A stretch of DNA of 32,000 nt from NCBI GenBank assembly GCA_963977525.1, contig CAXBPC010000016.1:35136-67135 (forward strand), given 5' to 3'. Below are positions 16,887 to 25,415 of this stretch, piece by piece (the first letter of the stretch is position 1; every line of letters begins with the position of its first letter). The notes under the pieces are model-generated. The model had not been told where the DNA came from, did no database searches, and saw only the letters and a program-made list of their open reading frames with translations. This stretch comes from an uncultured Marinifilaceae bacterium (GTDB lineage: Bacteria; Bacteroidota; Bacteroidia; Bacteroidales; Marinifilaceae). Made by a program: the position numbers and the translations under genes.

Positions 16887-17225
16887 ATGTCAGATATTTA
16901 CACACGTATATTCAAAATTGTACAAGAAATACCTGCTGGCCGTGTTTGTAACTACGGTACTATTGCACGCTTTGTAGGTTCACCTAGAGGTTCTCGACTT
17001 GTGGGTTGGGCAATGAATAAATCTCACACAAGTGAAGAATACGTGCCTGCACACCGAGTTGTAAATCGAATAGGTATGCTTTCGGGTAAACATCATTTCC
17101 CTGGTGAAGATTTAATGCAACAGCTACTCGAAAACGAAGGTATTGTAGTGATTGATGATCAAATTCAAGATTTTGAAAAACATTTTTGGGATCCGATGCA
17201 GGAACTCCCTGAAGATTTTATTTAA
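16887..17225 (+). CDS. MGMT-family DNA-binding protein lacking the acceptor cysteine (alkyltransferase-like, ATL)
   Basis: 112 aa. The helix-turn-helix region IPAGRVCNYGTIA is followed by VPAHRVVN where active O6-alkylguanine transferases have PCHRV. Confidence 0.85.
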   Translation: MSDIYTRIFKIVQEIPAGRVCNYGTIARFVGSPRGSRLVGWAMNKSHTSEEYVPAHRVVNRIGMLSGKHHFPGEDLMQQLLENEGIVVIDDQIQDFEKHFWDPMQELPEDFI

Positions 17226-17365
17226 AATCAATCTAAATGCATATCTTTGTTAGCAGTTAAAAATATTTAAGAGCTAAGGTCTTAGTTCGAGATCAATTTT
17301 CCATTATCTCCAAGCTAACTCTTTCTCTTTCCCGAGCAATTTCGGGGTAACAATCAATCAATATC

Positions 17366-18463
17366 ATGTCATATACAAACAAACAAGTTACCGATGCTTT
17401 AAAGCTTGTAAAGTTCCCTGGTAGCGATCAAGATATTATTAGCCTAGATATGGTTCGTAATATGAAGATTGAGGGCAAAAAAATTGCGTTCGATTTAGTT
17501 TTCCAAAAGTCAGATGATCCCAATATCATTCCTTTAAAAAAGGCTTGTGTTGCTAACGTTTTACGTTTTGTAGATAAGGATGCTGAAATTAAAGGAAACA
17601 TTAAGGTAAAAGCTGTTCATGTTGTTGAAGCGCCTTCAGTATTACCTAATGTAACCAATATAATTGCAGTTGCTTCTGGTAAAGGTGGCGTTGGTAAATC
17701 AACTATCGCATCTAATCTAGCTGTTGCTTTAGCTAAGGCTGGTAAAAAGGTCGGTCTTATCGATGCTGATATTTATGGTCCTTCGGTACCAAAAATGTTT
17801 GGATCAGAAGATGCAAGTCCAAAGTTAACGAAGATTGATGGTAAGGATAGAATTGAACCACACGAGCGTTATGGGGTGAAGATGCTATCTATTGGTTTCT
17901 TTGTTGATCCTGCTCAAGCAACTGTATGGAGAGGTCCTATGGCTTCGAATGCACTTAAGCAGATGATTGAAGAAGGAAACTGGGGCGAGCTTGATTTCGT
18001 ACTTATTGACCTTCCTCCTGGAACATCTGATATTCACCTAACATTGGTACAAACTGTTCCTGTAACTGGTGCTATTGTTGTTAGTACGCCTCAGGATGTG
18101 GCTTTGGCCGATGCCGTAAAAGGTATTAATATGTTCGAAGGTGCCGGCGTTAATGTCCCAATTCTTGGTTTAGTTGAGAATATGGCTTGGTTTACGCCTG
18201 CTGAATTGCCAGACAATAAATATTACATTTTCGGTAAGGATGGTTGCAAAAAACTGGCTGAAGAAAAAGGTATCAGCCTTTTAGGACAGATTCCAATTGT
18301 ACAGAGCATTCGTGAAGGCGGTGACAATGGTACACCTGCAGCCTTAAACGAAAATTCAGTAACAGGTATGGCTTTCGCCGATTTGGCTGATAAGTTAATG
18401 ACTGCCGTTGATAACAGAAATAAAAATCATAACCCAACTGCAAAGGTTGAGATGACGAGATAA
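17366..18463 (+). CDS. Mrp/ApbC/NBP35-family P-loop ATPase (Fe-S cluster carrier family)
   Basis: N-terminal DUF59/MIP18-like domain, deviant Walker A IAVASGKGGVGKST, DLPPGTSD and ENMAWF. The region where ApbC has CxxC reads TPAELPDNKYYIFG. Confidence 0.9.
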   Translation: MSYTNKQVTDALKLVKFPGSDQDIISLDMVRNMKIEGKKIAFDLVFQKSDDPNIIPLKKACVANVLRFVDKDAEIKGNIKVKAVHVVEAPSVLPNVTNIIAVASGKGGVGKSTIASNLAVALAKAGKKVGLIDADIYGPSVPKMFGSEDASPKLTKIDGKDRIEPHERYGVKMLSIGFFVDPAQATVWRGPMASNALKQMIEEGNWGELDFVLIDLPPGTSDIHLTLVQTVPVTGAIVVSTPQDVALADAVKGINMFEGAGVNVPILGLVENMAWFTPAELPDNKYYIFGKDGCKKLAEEKGISLLGQIPIVQSIREGGDNGTPAALNENSVTGMAFADLADKLMTAVDNRNKNHNPTAKVEMTR

Positions 18464-18528
18464 TTATGAAGGTAAAAAAGTAGTTAAGTCCAGCGGACTG
18501 AACATCTTAAATATCCGAAATACACATT

Positions 18529-18566
18529 GAAAAGCACCTTCGGTATAGAAGGTGCTTTTCTGTTTT
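18529..18566 (+). terminator. Rho-independent terminator after the mrp-like gene
   Basis: Perfect 13-bp stem GAAAAGCACCTTC / GAAGGTGCTTTTC, 6-nt loop, then TGTTTT. Confidence 0.85.
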
Positions 18567-18703
18567 AATAAATCAAAATACTTATCAGGAGAAATTCTCA
18601 TCTTTATCCGTATGTCTTGACCAAAACATACGGACATAAAACAAGTTTGATGTACATCGAACTTTAAAAAGGTAAGTATAAGTTACACGAAAGGTGCTGA
18701 TAT

Positions 18704-18739
18704 AAAAAAGCTCTGATCATTATAAAACGATCAGAGCTT
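18704..18739 (-). terminator. Minus-strand rho-independent terminator closing the metG-orf103-small ORF unit
   Basis: AAGCTCTGATC / GATCAGAGCTT is a perfect 11-bp stem with a 10-nt loop. On the minus strand it is followed by TTTTTT (complement of 18704-18709). Confidence 0.7.
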
Positions 18740-18758
18740 AATGTCTAAACTAAAATTC

Positions 18759-18914
18759 TTATTTCTTAGTCGTTTGTAATTGCTTTGCCATTGCAGCACC
18801 AATCAAGCTTTCAAGCGGCGTAGCACCACTTTTGCTAGAACTGATAATCATCGTTTCTGGGAATTTAATCTTAGCAATTTCAGCAGCAACTTTAATATCA
18901 CGATTCAATTCCAT
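18759..18914 (-). CDS. Small ORF (51 aa), possibly a C-terminal relic of an SPFH/stomatin-type protein
   Basis: It is below the ORF-track cutoff. Minus-strand ATG at 18914 and TAA at 18759-18761. Translation: MELNRDIKVAAEIAKIKFPETMIISSSKSGATPLESLIGAAMAKQLQTTKK. A terminator starts 20 nt downstream. The same frame continues upstream through a TGA (18930-18932) to an ATG at 18968. Confidence 0.3.
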   Translation of the reverse strand: MELNRDIKVAAEIAKIKFPETMIISSSKSGATPLESLIGAAMAKQLQTTKK

Positions 18915-19065
18915 CTGAAGAATCTCCACTCAGATCTTGAGTTCCTTACATTTTTTCTTTCTCTCCATTAGAACTTCTTAATAATACTTCTTTTCTTCTG
19001 TATCCTATATGACCATCAATTTTTAATAATTAATGCCGAAATATGAATGCTCCATAAACTCAGTC

Positions 19066-19377
19066 CTATTCATCTATTTTGCAATAATGGTCACTTAGAA
19101 ATAACAATAATTCAGATTCAAGATAAGAGAAAGTTTCGGAACTGTAATCTGAATACACAGTTTTGAAATTAGCGATTTCATTGTTACTGAAAAATTTGCG
19201 AACATGATTAACCTTATCGATATATTTAAGAATTCTCGATATTTCTAATTTGTGACGGGCATTTTTAGTTTCAATCAGAATTCGATCAACTAATTCTTTT
19301 TTACTAATTACTCGAAGTTGTTCATTTGTAAATAGCGATAAAGGAGGAAGCTCTTGAGCTATATTTTTTTCACTCAT
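19066..19377 (-). CDS. Hypothetical protein, 103 aa, no recognised family
   Basis: ATG ORF co-oriented with metG, 97 nt downstream of it, with no intervening terminator. Very AT-rich (about 30% G+C by eye). Confidence 0.5.
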   Translation of the reverse strand: MSEKNIAQELPPLSLFTNEQLRVISKKELVDRILIETKNARHKLEISRILKYIDKVNHVRKFFSNNEIANFKTVYSDYSSETFSYLESELLLFLSDHYCKIDE

Positions 19378-19474
19378 TTATATATAATTATAAGTTTAAT
19401 ATTAATTAAAATATAACCATCCTTGTGAATATGAAGACTTTAAGGAATGTGCTATTTTTTGACTATACACCACC

Positions 19475-21505
19475 TTACCTAATTTCTGACCCAGCTGCAA
19501 CAGCTTGCTCAGGCGATACGAATGCTAATTTACCATCAGCATCTTCAGCCATTAGAATCATTCCTTCCGATTCAATTCCTTTAAGCTTACGTGGCTCAAG
19601 GTTCATCAAAACACTTACTTGTTTGCCAATAATTTCTTCTGGCTTGTAATGCTCTGCAATACCCGAAACAACTGTTCTTGTATCAACACCTGTATCAACA
19701 GTAATCTTTAAAAGTTTCTTTGTTTTAGCAACTTTCTCAGCTTCAGTAATGGTTCCAATACGGATATCCATTTTTGTGAAATCGTCGAAATTGATATTCT
19801 CTTTAACTGGAGTCACCACTCTATTTTCAAGCTCATTAGCCACCTTAGTAGCCTCTAACTTGTCAACCTGTGCTTGAATAGTGGCATCCTCGATTTTTTC
19901 GAATAACAATTCAGGCTTGTTAATTTGGTGACCTGCAGGAATTGCATCGGCAGTTACATCAGCCCACTCAATACGATCGATATTTAGGAAACCACGAAGT
20001 TTCTCAGCCGTAAATGGCAAGAATGGCTCCATCAAAGTACTCAAGTTAGCCGAAATCTGTAAAGAGATATTAAGAATAGTCTTAACACGTGCCTCATCGG
20101 TTTTAATCACTTTCCAAGGCTCGGTATCAGCTAAATATTTATTACCCAAACGAGCAAGGGTCATAGCTACTTTTAAGGCTTCACGAAAATGGAACGTTTC
20201 AAGATTCTTTTCGATTTCCGCTTTAATCACAGGAATCTGGGCAAGTGTTTCTTTATCGAAATCGGTCAACTCACCAGCTTCAGGAACTAAACCTCCAAAA
20301 TATTTGTGAGTCAATACTAATGCACGATTCACAAAGTTTCCAAAAATAGCTACCAGCTCATTATTATTACGAGCTTGGAAATCTTTCCAAGTAAAGTCGT
20401 TATCCTTAGTTTCAGGTGCATTTGCTGTTAAAACGTAACGCAATACATCTTGCTTCTCAGGAAATTCCTCAAGGTATTCGTGTAACCAAACTGCCCAGTT
20501 ACGAGAAGTAGAAATCTTATCACCTTCAAGGTTTAAGAACTCGTTAGATGGCACATTATCTGGTAAAATGTAAGAACCCTCAGCTTTAAGCATAGCAGGG
20601 AAAATAATACAGTGGAATACAATATTATCCTTACCGATAAAGTGAATCATTCTTGAATCTTCAGCTTTCCAATACTTTTCCCAATCTGGTGTAAGCTCCT
20701 TAGTTGCAGAAATATATCCGATAGGTGCATCGAACCAAACGTAAAGCACTTTTCCGTCAGCTCCCTCAACAGGAACAGGCACACCCCAACTCAAATCACG
20801 AGTTACCGCCCTTGGGTGAAGTCCATTATCTAACCAAGATTTACACTGTCCGTATACATTTGGCTTCCATTCTTTATGCTCCTCAAGAATCCACTCTTTT
20901 AGATATGGCTCATATTTATCAAGAGGTAAATACCAGTGCTTTGTTTCTTTTAACTCAGGTATATTTCCTGTAATCGCTGATCTTGCATCAATTAAGTCTG
21001 ATGCATTTAATGAAGTACCACAGCTTTCGCATTGGTCACCATATGCTTTCTCATTTTTACAATGAGGACAAGTACCTGTAATGTAGCGGTCGGCTAAAAA
21101 CTGATTTGCATCAGCATCGTAAAATTGCGCCGAAGTTTTCTCAACAAACTCTCCCCTATCGTTAAGGGTTTTGAAAAATTCAGTTGCTGTTTCATGATGA
21201 ATTTTCGAGCTAGTTCTAGAATACACATCAAATGAGATTCCGAATTTCTCGAAAGAATCTTTTATAATATTATGGTATTTATCAACCACATCTTGCGGTG
21301 TAATACCTTCTTTTTTCGCCTTAATTGTAATAGGTACACCATGTTCATCCGAACCACCAATTAATAAAACGTCCTCACCTTTCATACGCATATAACGCAC
21401 ATAAATATCAGCAGGAACGTAAACGCCAGCTAAATGCCCAATATGTACTGGCCCATTCGCATAAGGAAGAGCAGTAGTAACAAGTGTTCTGTTAAATTTT
21501 GTCAT
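19475..21505 (-). CDS. metG: Methionine--tRNA ligase with a C-terminal tRNA-binding (Trbp111/EMAP-like) domain
   Basis: HIGH motif PVHIGHLAG, zinc knuckle [23 protein letters not shown]-equivalent KISTSRN, and C-terminal [13 protein letters not shown]...GMILMAED. Confidence 0.95.
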   Translation of the reverse strand: MTKFNRTLVTTALPYANGPVHIGHLAGVYVPADIYVRYMRMKGEDVLLIGGSDEHGVPITIKAKKEGITPQDVVDKYHNIIKDSFEKFGISFDVYSRTSSKIHHETATEFFKTLNDRGEFVEKTSAQFYDADANQFLADRYITGTCPHCKNEKAYGDQCESCGTSLNASDLIDARSAITGNIPELKETKHWYLPLDKYEPYLKEWILEEHKEWKPNVYGQCKSWLDNGLHPRAVTRDLSWGVPVPVEGADGKVLYVWFDAPIGYISATKELTPDWEKYWKAEDSRMIHFIGKDNIVFHCIIFPAMLKAEGSYILPDNVPSNEFLNLEGDKISTSRNWAVWLHEYLEEFPEKQDVLRYVLTANAPETKDNDFTWKDFQARNNNELVAIFGNFVNRALVLTHKYFGGLVPEAGELTDFDKETLAQIPVIKAEIEKNLETFHFREALKVAMTLARLGNKYLADTEPWKVIKTDEARVKTILNISLQISANLSTLMEPFLPFTAEKLRGFLNIDRIEWADVTADAIPAGHQINKPELLFEKIEDATIQAQVDKLEATKVANELENRVVTPVKENINFDDFTKMDIRIGTITEAEKVAKTKKLLKITVDTGVDTRTVVSGIAEHYKPEEIIGKQVSVLMNLEPRKLKGIESEGMILMAEDADGKLAFVSPEQAVAAGSEIR

Positions 21506-21601
21506 CTGAAAATCGAGGTTTTAAAAGACCTTCATTCAACAAGAGAGATCAATTTGTCTCTTGGAACTTTGTAAAGACCTTAAGTATTAATAATGAAACT
21601 A

Positions 21602-21645
21602 TTTGCGAGTAGCCGATTAATGAATCGGTCTCGGAAGCGCAAAGA
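21602..21645. repeat. Composite hairpin carrying the CGCAAAG heptamer
   Basis: Outer stem TTTGCG (21602-21607) / CGCAAA (21638-21643) and inner stem CCGATT / AATCGG with an AATG loop. It lies about 100 nt upstream of the metG start, in the divergent intergenic region. Confidence 0.4.
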
Positions 21646-21809
21646 TAAAATAGAATTCACAATTTCAAGCATTTAGATTTGAAATGATTCGGGATTCTTC
21701 ATATTACAATTCAGGATTTTATTGCTAATTTGGGGTTTATTAAAAAATGAAAATTCTTCAATTGTAAGAATCATATAATCACAAGTTTGAATTTCAAATA
21801 TCACATCAT

Positions 21810-22715
21810 ATGTTTCAACCTGCCTTATTAAATAAAGGAGACAAAATTGGCTTAGTTGCTCCCGCTGGTAAAATTGACTGTCAAAAAATAATTACTGCTA
21901 AAACTGTACTGGAATCACTCGGTTACGAAGTGATTTTAGGCGAACATGTTTTCGATGAACACCACATATTTGCAGGGACAGATGAAAATAGAGCCGCTGA
22001 TTTTCAATTCATGCTCGATCACGAAGAAGTCAAGGCGATTATATGTGCTAGAGGTGGATATGGATGTATTCGAATAATTGATAAGCTAACTTTCGATGGT
22101 TTCGAAAAACATCCAAAACTTTTAATTGGATTTAGTGATATTACCATTTTCCACTCCCGATTGAATCACCTTCATTTTGGAAGTTTGCATGCTACAATGC
22201 CAATTAATTTTACAGAAAACATAGCTGATTCAGGCTCTTTACAGAAACTTGTAGACTACTTAGAAGGAAAGCTAAGCCATTACCAAATTCCTACTCACGA
22301 ACTTAACCGTATTGGCAATTGTAAAGCCGAATTAATTGGAGGAAATCTTTCAATCATCTGTAGTTTAAATGCAACAGATTATGAGCTTAATATGCATGGT
22401 CGAATCCTATTTCTGGAAGATTTAAAGGAGGATCTATATCATTTAGACAGACTCATGCTTAATCTTAAACTAAGTGGAAAATTAGCTCATTTAGAAGGTC
22501 TAATTATTGGTGGAATGAGTGATCTGAAAGATGGTGAAACGCCTTTTGGAAAAACGGCTTATGAAATCATCCATGATGCAATAAAAGATTATAGTTATCC
22601 AGTTATTTTCAATTTTCCAGCAGGTCACATTGATGAAAATTGGCCTCTCCCTTTAGGGAAGAAAGTTACACTTGACGTGAATGAAAATGGAGTTGAATTG
22701 CACTGGAAAAATTAG
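21810..22715 (+). CDS. LD-carboxypeptidase (peptidase S66, LdcA-like)
   Basis: GDKIGLVAPAG, ARGGYG, the nucleophile motif GFSDITIFH, and a C-terminal FPAGH. Confidence 0.85.
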   Translation: MFQPALLNKGDKIGLVAPAGKIDCQKIITAKTVLESLGYEVILGEHVFDEHHIFAGTDENRAADFQFMLDHEEVKAIICARGGYGCIRIIDKLTFDGFEKHPKLLIGFSDITIFHSRLNHLHFGSLHATMPINFTENIADSGSLQKLVDYLEGKLSHYQIPTHELNRIGNCKAELIGGNLSIICSLNATDYELNMHGRILFLEDLKEDLYHLDRLMLNLKLSGKLAHLEGLIIGGMSDLKDGETPFGKTAYEIIHDAIKDYSYPVIFNFPAGHIDENWPLPLGKKVTLDVNENGVELHWKN

Positions 22716-22718
22716 GTT

Positions 22719-22740
22719 CCACGCAAAGAACGCAGAGATT
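22719..22740 (+). repeat. Left inverted repeat flanking the GxxExxY gene
   Basis: CCACGCAAAGAACGCAGAGATT matches the reverse complement of 23339-23362 (TCACGCAAAGTACGCTAAGAGATT) at 20 of 22 positions, with one 2-nt indel. A second CGCAAAG is at 22753-22759. Confidence 0.6.
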
Positions 22741-22895
22741 TTAATCGCAGTTCGCAAAGAGTAATTAAGAAACATTGCGTGAATAAATATATAATCCCTC
22801 ACAAAGTTTATTCATAATTGAAACATAACTCTTCTTACAAAACTTTATGTCTAAGTATTCAATAGTAGTCCAAGTTTCTTATTTGATAATTATTT

Positions 22896-23273
22896 ATGAC
22901 AGAAAATGAAATCTCATATAAAATAATTGGAGCAGCTATCGATCTCCATAAAACTGTAGGTCCCGGCCTACTTGAATCAGTATATGAGAAAGCACTCATG
23001 TATGATTTAATTCAAATTGGACTAAAAACAGAAAGTCAAGTTCCAATGCCTTTTATTTATAAGGAAGTTAAACAAGAAATAGGATATCGATTAGATCTAC
23101 TTGTAGAAGATAAAGTTATCATTGAAATTAAAGCAGTTGAAAATTTAGCTCCAGTTCATTTCTCTCAACTACTTACCTATCTTAAATTATCAAATAAGAA
23201 ACTTGGCTTATTAATAAATTTCAATACTAAATATCTTAAAAATGAAATCCATAGAGTTGTAAATAACCTTTAA
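22896..23273 (+). CDS. GxxExxY protein (PD-(D/E)XK-fold, PDDEXK_3-like)
   Basis: Contains the literal GLLESVYE motif and the nuclease-like D-LLVEDKVIIEIK. 125 aa. Confidence 0.9.
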   Translation: MTENEISYKIIGAAIDLHKTVGPGLLESVYEKALMYDLIQIGLKTESQVPMPFIYKEVKQEIGYRLDLLVEDKVIIEIKAVENLAPVHFSQLLTYLKLSNKKLGLLINFNTKYLKNEIHRVVNNL

Positions 23274-23338
23274 TCTTGGACTAATAAATGAAGAAATTGT
23301 AATACCCTTTGCGATCTTAGCGTATTACTCAAATCATG

Positions 23339-23362
23339 AATCTCTTAGCGTACTTTGCGTGA
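23339..23362 (-). repeat. Right inverted repeat flanking the GxxExxY gene
   Basis: See 22719-22740. The downstream flank has two CTTTGCG copies (23307-23313 and 23353-23359) and a duplicated TCTTAGCGTA (23315 and 23343). Confidence 0.6.
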
Positions 23363-23373
23363 AATAAAAAACT

Positions 23374-23739
23374 ATGGCAGAACATAACGATTTAGGTAAA
23401 TTAGGTGAAGATTTAGCCGCAAAGCATATGCTAAGTGCAGGCTATAAGATTCTAGATAGAAATTGGATTTATCAGAAAAAGGAGCTAGATATTGTTGCTA
23501 CTGATGGCAGATCCCTTGTTGTCGTAGAAGTAAAATCGCGTTCTACGGATTATTTCGAACATCCTGCTGATGCTATCACACTATCAAAAATCAAATTTCT
23601 TTGCAAAGCTACTCAAGGCTATGTTGATTTGAAAGATATTGACATGGAAGTTCGTTTTGATGTTATTTCAGTCATCAAACGGAACGGTAAATTTGAAATT
23701 GAACACATAGAAGATGCCTTCATAGCACCTATAGATTAA
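23374..23739 (+). CDS. YraN-family (UPF0102) endonuclease-like protein
   Basis: GKLGEDLAAKHMLSAGYKILDRNW...ELDIVA...LVVVEVKSR is the typical YraN signature. 121 aa. Confidence 0.9.
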   Translation: MAEHNDLGKLGEDLAAKHMLSAGYKILDRNWIYQKKELDIVATDGRSLVVVEVKSRSTDYFEHPADAITLSKIKFLCKATQGYVDLKDIDMEVRFDVISVIKRNGKFEIEHIEDAFIAPID

Positions 23740-23748
23740 CTAGAAATC

Positions 23749-24102
23749 ATGAATATAGAAGAATTAAGAGAATATTGTATAGCTAAAAAAGCTGTAACAG
23801 AGAGTTTTCCCTTTGATGAAGAAACACTCGTTTTTAAGGTGATGAATAAAATGTTCCTCCTAACTAATATCAATAAGGATTTGAGCATGAATGTGAAATG
23901 TGATCCTGAAAAAGCCATTGAGTTACGAGAACAATATAGCTCTGTTATACCTGGTTGGCATATGAATAAAAAGCATTGGAATACGGTCGATATCGACGGA
24001 AGTATCTCTGACCAGCAATTAAAAGAATGGATCGACGATTCTTATAATTTAATCGTTGCCAGCTTGACCAAAAAACTACAAAATGAGCTATTAAGCATGT
24101 AA
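23749..24102 (+). CDS. MmcQ/YjbR-family DNA-binding protein
   Basis: REYCIAKKAVTESFPFDEETLVFKV..KMF, HWNTV and DSYNL are characteristic of YjbR-like proteins. 117 aa. Confidence 0.8.
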   Translation: MNIEELREYCIAKKAVTESFPFDEETLVFKVMNKMFLLTNINKDLSMNVKCDPEKAIELREQYSSVIPGWHMNKKHWNTVDIDGSISDQQLKEWIDDSYNLIVASLTKKLQNELLSM

Positions 24103-24165
24103 TTAATTCAGTATTCTTAATATCTTTCCGTCCGAAAATAAATACTCAACCATAAAACAACAATC

Positions 24166-25374
24166 ATGAATTTTAAACAATTAAGCGTAATTGCTCTTTC
24201 TTTAACACTCTGTGTTCAAGGACAAGCTTTTGCAAAAAAGAAAAAGACGGTAAAGCCTGAAGGCTTCAAATTTACCAAGGTCGTAGATATTCCGACGACT
24301 GAGGTTCGTAATCAGGAAAGCACTGGAACTTGTTGGGCTTTTGCAGGAACTTCATTCTTAGAAGCAGAACTTATTCGTTTAGACGCCGGACAGATTGATT
24401 TGTCAGAAATGTTTACAGTTCGTCATGCCTACTCACAAAAAGCATTGCAATATTTCCGTTTACATGGAAACGGTAACTTTAGCGAAGGTGGCCAAGCTCA
24501 CGATGTGCTTAATGTGGTAAAAGAATTTGGTTTCATTCCTGAGACTGCATATTCTGGTAATGAGTACCAAAGTGACTTTCATATCCACAAAGAAATGGTG
24601 AAGTCAACGAAAGCTATGTTGGATCAAATTGTTCAGAATCCGAATAAAAAAATTACACCAGTTTGGCAAAGTTCAGTAGATGGTGTTTTCGATACATATA
24701 TGGGCGCTGCTCCTCAGAAATTTGATTCAAACGGACAGGCAATTTCTCCTATTGAATATATGAAACAAGCTGGTTTTAATCCAAATGATTATATCGAGTT
24801 AACTTCGTATTCTCATCACCCATATTACAAGGAAATGAATCTTGAGATTCCTGATAACTGGTCTCATGATTTATACTACAACCTTCCGATTGATGAATTA
24901 ATGTCAGTAATGGATAATGCTTTAACAAATGGGTTCACTGTTTGTTGGGATGGTGATGTAAGTGAAAAAGGCTTTTCTCATCGTAATGGTGTTGCAATTC
25001 TTCCTGCAGCTAATACAAAAGATATGTCTCAGTCTGATTTTGAGAAATGGGATGCACTGTCTTATAAGCAGAAAGAAGCTTCATTATATACTTTTGATAA
25101 ACCTAGAACTGAAAAAGAAGTTGATCAAGCTCTAAGACAATCAACTTTTGATAATTATAAAACTACTGATGATCACTTGATGCATTTAACTGGAATTGTT
25201 AAAGATCAGAATGGAACACGTTATTACAAGACTAAAAATTCATGGTCTAAAACCTCTAACAAGATGGGTGGCTATTTAAACATGAGCGAAGCTTATGTAC
25301 GTCTTAAAACTGTAGCTATCATGGTTCATAAAGATGCTATTCCTGCCGAATTAAAAACTAAGTTGGGATTATAG
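24166..25374 (+). CDS. C1-family cysteine peptidase (aminopeptidase C / bleomycin-hydrolase-like) with a signal peptide
   Basis: Signal peptide MNFKQLSVIALSLTLCVQGQAFA. Catalytic Cys in QESTGTCWAFAG, His in DHLMHLTG, Asn in KNSWS. Confidence 0.85.
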   Translation: MNFKQLSVIALSLTLCVQGQAFAKKKKTVKPEGFKFTKVVDIPTTEVRNQESTGTCWAFAGTSFLEAELIRLDAGQIDLSEMFTVRHAYSQKALQYFRLHGNGNFSEGGQAHDVLNVVKEFGFIPETAYSGNEYQSDFHIHKEMVKSTKAMLDQIVQNPNKKITPVWQSSVDGVFDTYMGAAPQKFDSNGQAISPIEYMKQAGFNPNDYIELTSYSHHPYYKEMNLEIPDNWSHDLYYNLPIDELMSVMDNALTNGFTVCWDGDVSEKGFSHRNGVAILPAANTKDMSQSDFEKWDALSYKQKEASLYTFDKPRTEKEVDQALRQSTFDNYKTTDDHLMHLTGIVKDQNGTRYYKTKNSWSKTSNKMGGYLNMSEAYVRLKTVAIMVHKDAIPAELKTKLGL

Positions 25375-25415
25375 ATTCTATATAAGCGTCAATTTTATTG
25401 AAGTCTAAAATATTG

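Noticed and set aside
12774-17249. Additional TAnnTTTG matches upstream of holB (TACCTTTG, 12774-12781), the PSP1 gene (TAATTTTG, 14161-14168) and mrp (TATCTTTG, 17242-17249) as promoters
   Set aside because: They are plausibly real -7 boxes, but none has a matching -33 TTTG. An 8-mer with six fixed, AT-rich positions is expected many times by chance in 64 kb of two-strand sequence, so I did not list them as features.
18930-18932. In-frame TGA read as selenocysteine
   Set aside because: There is no convincing SECIS-like stem-loop right after the TGA (only a weak 5-bp GATTC/GAATC pairing). There is no CxxU-type redox context, and no selenoprotein machinery in the window. A nonsense-interrupted relic or an independent downstream start is more likely.
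18780-18971. Plus-strand ORF 18780-18971 (63 aa, TTG start)
   Set aside because: It is antisense to the minus-strand small ORF, which has an ATG, a plausible protein-like sequence and a matching minus-strand terminator. The plus-strand translation is implausible (CHCSTNQAFKRRSTTFAR...).
19425-19649. Plus-strand ORF 19425-19649 overlapping the metG 3-prime end
   Set aside because: It is antisense to the well-supported tRNA-binding domain of MetRS.
21506-21809. T-box or other riboswitch leader upstream of metG
   Set aside because: Only one short two-tier hairpin is present. There is no specifier-loop/T-box sequence or terminator/antiterminator pair, and T-box control is not expected in this phylum.
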